64,000 nt of DNA. Origin: an uncultured Candidatus Entotheonella sp. Lineage in GTDB: Bacteria; Tectomicrobia; Entotheonellia; Entotheonellales; Entotheonellaceae. The notes below the pieces were generated by a model. The model saw nothing but the letters and a program-made list of their open reading frames with translations. It had not been told where the DNA came from and searched no databases. Shown piece by piece: positions 60,974-64,000 of the stretch. Each line of letters opens with the position of its first letter. The stretch's first letter is position 1. The stretch is taken from NCBI GenBank assembly GCA_965215335.1, contig CBDCDA010000002.1, positions 992,001 to 1,056,000 on the forward strand. Reading direction: 5' to 3'. The translations under genes were made by a program, and so were the position numbers.

Positions 60974-61462
60974 CTACCTCTTTGCCAGCAAATTTTGCCG
61001 CCATGCCCGTCTGGCCGCCTCTCGTAATGCCACGTCAGCGATGCAGACCGTGCCTTCCCGCACCCGGCGCTCTTCGTCTGCCGTCAACGGCGCCGATTGT
61101 TGTGGTGGCCCCTCGACCGAGGTTGGCGGCCCTGACGGATGGTCGGAAGCATAGGCCAGAACGAATCGCAGGTTCGAGACCTTCACGTCACCGACTACGC
61201 TGCGGATGTTCCGCCGTAACTGCGCTTGATAGAACATCATCTGTTGAAGCCAGATGGCGTCGCTGACGCTGATGAGCAATTCTCCCCATTTGAACCGCAC
61301 GGGGTGCGACACCGTCGCAAGCTGCGAACCCGCGATGGCGGTCCAGTTGCGTTGCAGCGCCACCAGGATAACGACGTTGTCGAGTCCGGCCTGTTGCAGA
61401 GCGTCCGTCAGCGCGACGTGCAACGGCTGCAACGCCTTCACGTCAGAGGCGCGGCGGTTCAT
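60974..61462 (-). CDS. DUF721 / DciA-like protein
   Basis: L...W.AIAG.QLA.VSHP...GEL.ISVSDAIW.QQM.F pattern. Confidence 0.75.
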   Translation of the reverse strand: MNRRASDVKALQPLHVALTDALQQAGLDNVVILVALQRNWTAIAGSQLATVSHPVRFKWGELLISVSDAIWLQQMMFYQAQLRRNIRSVVGDVKVSNLRFVLAYASDHPSGPPTSVEGPPQQSAPLTADEERRVREGTVCIADVALREAARRAWRQNLLAKR

Positions 61463-62165
61463 CGTCAGAACCCGCGGACTGAAACCGGACGCCTGGCGCG
61501 GCACGGCTTGTTGTTGCCGGTTTGCCATTATACATCAGGGCTGCAATGGCCCCCATGATTTCTTTAACGATTGCCTCAGCGTTTTCCTTGCTGTCAGGCC
61601 TCTGAAAATACTGCTGCAGGTCCAACGGCTTGCCGTATTGCACCGACACCGGCGCACGCCAGCGCGGCCACCGTCTGGATCCCCAGACGCGGTCGGTACC
61701 GACGACGAGGGTCGGGATGACAACGGGTTGAGCCTGATAAATAATCCTGCCCAGCATGCGATTGCCCTCGTGCAGGCGGCCGTCGCGGCTGCGGGTGCCC
61801 TCGGGGAACAGCATCATTTTGCCGCCGCGCATGTGGGCGAGCATGCGCCGGATGCCGCGCAGGTCGTTCTTGCCGCGACGGATGGGGAAGACGCCCCAGG
61901 AGTGCAGAAAGAAGCTGACGATGGACAGACGGAACAGTTCCTCCTTGGCTGGCGCCCAGACGGTCTGGGGGCCGTGGGCCCTGCTGATGGAGTAGGGGAT
62001 GACCAGGGTGTCAAACATGGAAAGATGGTTGCTGGCGAGCACCACACCGCCCTGGCGGGGCACGTGCTCCAACCCCTGGACGTGCAGCCGGCAAAGGGGG
62101 AACAGGAAAAACCCAATCGCCCGGCAGGAGAACCAAAGCCACAGCGTTAACAGGGTGGATGGCAT
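61443..62165 (-). CDS. plsC: Lysophospholipid acyltransferase
   Basis: SNHLSMFD, AKEELF, FPEGTRS. Confidence 0.85.
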   Translation of the reverse strand: MPSTLLTLWLWFSCRAIGFFLFPLCRLHVQGLEHVPRQGGVVLASNHLSMFDTLVIPYSISRAHGPQTVWAPAKEELFRLSIVSFFLHSWGVFPIRRGKNDLRGIRRMLAHMRGGKMMLFPEGTRSRDGRLHEGNRMLGRIIYQAQPVVIPTLVVGTDRVWGSRRWPRWRAPVSVQYGKPLDLQQYFQRPDSKENAEAIVKEIMGAIAALMYNGKPATTSRAAPGVRFQSAGSDDEPPRL

Positions 62166-62199
62166 GATGGCTCCCTTGGACGCCGTCTGACCGCCGTCG

Positions 62200-62661
62200 T
62201 CAGGCTTGTGGCGTCGGGCTGGTGTTCTGGCTCAGTACCCGGTGTGCGGCCTGCAGCGCCAGCTCATAGCTGTGCGGTCCGAAGCCCGCCACCTGGCCGA
62301 GGGCGATGTCCGCAATGTACGAATGCGCGCGGAACGGCTCTCGCTGGTAGATGTTCGACAGATGGACTTCGATGACCGGAACGCTCACCCCCAGAATCGC
62401 ATCCCGCAGGGCGACGCTGGTGTGGGTGAAGGCCGCGGGGTTGAGGATCAGGATATCCGCTAGCCGGCCGTAGGTCTGAATCCAGTCGATCAACTCCCCT
62501 TCGTGATTTGACTGAAAACATTCTGCCTCATGCCCCAGCCGCGACGCTTCCTGCTGGAGGTTCTGATTGATGTCGGCCAGGGTTGTGGTTCCGTAGAGGT
62601 GTTGTTCGCGGCTGCCCAGGAGATTGAGATTCGGGCCGTGAACGATGAGTATCCGTGCCAT
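62200..62661 (-). CDS. aroQ: Type II 3-dehydroquinate dehydratase
   Basis: HGPNLNLLGSRE..YG, QSNHEG, NPAAFTHTSVALRDA, EVHLSN. Confidence 0.97.
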   Translation of the reverse strand: MARILIVHGPNLNLLGSREQHLYGTTTLADINQNLQQEASRLGHEAECFQSNHEGELIDWIQTYGRLADILILNPAAFTHTSVALRDAILGVSVPVIEVHLSNIYQREPFRAHSYIADIALGQVAGFGPHSYELALQAAHRVLSQNTSPTPQA

Positions 62662-62675
62662 GGTTGTCCCCGGCC

Positions 62676-63791
62676 TCACTGCGCGGTTGCGGGCGCTTCG
62701 GCGTATTCCTCGAGCAGCCCTTGCAGGACGTCGAGGGGCACGGATTGCTGGAAGGCCACCGCGCCGATGTCTTCGAGCATCACGAATCGCACCACGCCGT
62801 TGACCGATTTCTTGTCGTGCGCCATCACGTCCAGCAGGCGCTGGGGCACGATGTCGGCGTACGCGACGGGCAGCCGCAGGGTTGTCAGCAAGTCGCACAG
62901 GCGTTCGCGCACGTCGGCCGAGCAATACTGCAGCCGCTCGGACAGGCGCGCGACCAGGGCCATGCCGATGGCGACGGCCTCCCCGTGCGTGTAGCGCGCG
63001 TAGGCGGTGGCGGCTTCAAGCGCGTGGCCGATGGTGTGGCCGAAATTGAGAATGGCCCGCACGCCCTTCTCGGTGGGGTCCTCCTGCACCACTCGCACCT
63101 TCACCGCAACGGCCCGCTCGATGAGCGTGGTCAGCGTGGCTTCGTCGCGTTCGCGGATGGCCTGCACGCGGCTTTCCATAAAGGCGAACAGTTCGGGGTC
63201 GCCGATGGCGCCGGCTTTGACGATTTCGCTCAGTCCACACAGGTACTCGCGCTCCGGGAGGGAGGCCAGCAGGCTGGTGTCCGTCACCACCATGCGAGGC
63301 GGGTAGAATGCCCCGATCAGGTTCTTGCCGAGCGGGTGGTTGACACCCGTTTTGCCGCCGATGCTGCTGTCGACCATGGCCAGAAGCGATGTGGGCACGT
63401 GCACCAGGGGGATGCCGCGCATGTAACTGGCGGCCACGAAGCCGCTCAGATCACCGATCACGCCGCCTCCCAAGGCGAAAATCACGCTTTGACGGTCGGC
63501 GCCCATCCGCGCCAGCCTGGTAAACAGCCTGGCCGCATGCCGCAACGTTTTGCTGCGTTCCCCCTCCGGCACCAGACACGACTCGACCGCGTAGTCGGCC
63601 TCGCGCAGTGACTCGCTCAGCCGCCCGCCGTACAACTCGTACAGGCTGGGATGCGTCAGCACAAACGCCCTGCGCCCCTTGTTCCGGGCGCGCGCCTGCT
63701 GTCCCAGTTGCGCCAACGCCCCGGCGCCGATATGGATGTCGTATTGTTCAGTAGCCGTCTGCACGGCCATGCAACGTGGCGTGGATGGCAT
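62676..63791 (-). CDS. aroB: 3-dehydroquinate synthase
   Basis: GE.SK, ALGGGVIGD, PTSLLAMVDSSIGGKTGVN, LNFGHTIGHA.E, HGEAV. Confidence 0.97.
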   Translation of the reverse strand: MPSTPRCMAVQTATEQYDIHIGAGALAQLGQQARARNKGRRAFVLTHPSLYELYGGRLSESLREADYAVESCLVPEGERSKTLRHAARLFTRLARMGADRQSVIFALGGGVIGDLSGFVAASYMRGIPLVHVPTSLLAMVDSSIGGKTGVNHPLGKNLIGAFYPPRMVVTDTSLLASLPEREYLCGLSEIVKAGAIGDPELFAFMESRVQAIRERDEATLTTLIERAVAVKVRVVQEDPTEKGVRAILNFGHTIGHALEAATAYARYTHGEAVAIGMALVARLSERLQYCSADVRERLCDLLTTLRLPVAYADIVPQRLLDVMAHDKKSVNGVVRFVMLEDIGAVAFQQSVPLDVLQGLLEEYAEAPATAQ

Positions 63792-63824
63792 GATAGCCTC
63801 CTTGCGAGAACGTGTGGGGGCGAG

Positions 63825-64000
63825 TCATGAACCTGGCAATGGTATCACAGGTTTCAACGGGTGGCGCCGGGTACACTCTCGCCGCGAGGCACCGATCTTT
63901 ATGTTTTCATGATCGTTCTGTTCCGCCTTCCACTGCATCGCTTCGGCCAGTTCCCTGTCGCTCATGCGGGGCAGGCGAATGGTCTTGGTCAGCACCGCCG
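63825..64000 (-). pseudogene. PilM-like fragment, apparently truncated
   Basis: AVLTKTIRLPRMSDRELAEAMQWKAEQ resembles the PilM N-terminal segment (..K.I.LP.M...EL...I.WEAEQYIPF). It is followed by unrelated residues and a stop at 63825. Confidence 0.55.

Overview
The window has two parts. Positions 1 to ~37,180 are a mosaic, partly decayed defence island. Its apparently intact genes are: type I hsdM, a single-ORF N6-MTase/BsuBI-PstI-family endonuclease fusion, an SF2 helicase plus small zinc-finger gene pair preceded by DUF2188 with a divergent XRE-ImmA regulator, an OLD-type ATPase-TOPRIM nuclease, a Dsr1-like sirtuin, a VapBC-like TA pair, IetAS (AAA ATPase + S8 protease), a type III R-M system and a Panacea TA pair. 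Its broken genes are: DUF6978-like, Fic, a DUF5131-TcmP fusion, XamI-like R and M, PIN and TIR. Mobile DNA comprises two IS5 copies, one IS630, solo IS ends and a MITE-like element. Positions ~37,200 to 64,000 are core chromosome: ba3-type oxidase (including a 36-aa subunit IIa missed by the ORF track), PAC2 protein, miaB, nth, ligA, FIST, cysteine synthase, tgt, alr, dnaB, rplI, rpsR, ssb, rpsF, pth, rplY, prs, tRNA-Gln, ispE, lipoproteins, DUF721, plsC, aroQ, aroB and a truncated pilM-like fragment. The best candidate for an undescribed system is the intact, translationally coupled helicase + PARP-type-zinc-finger-like pair (13359-15396). A 48-aa tandem duplication in the LigA adenylation domain is also notable. 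All family calls come from motif recognition by eye; no database searches were run.
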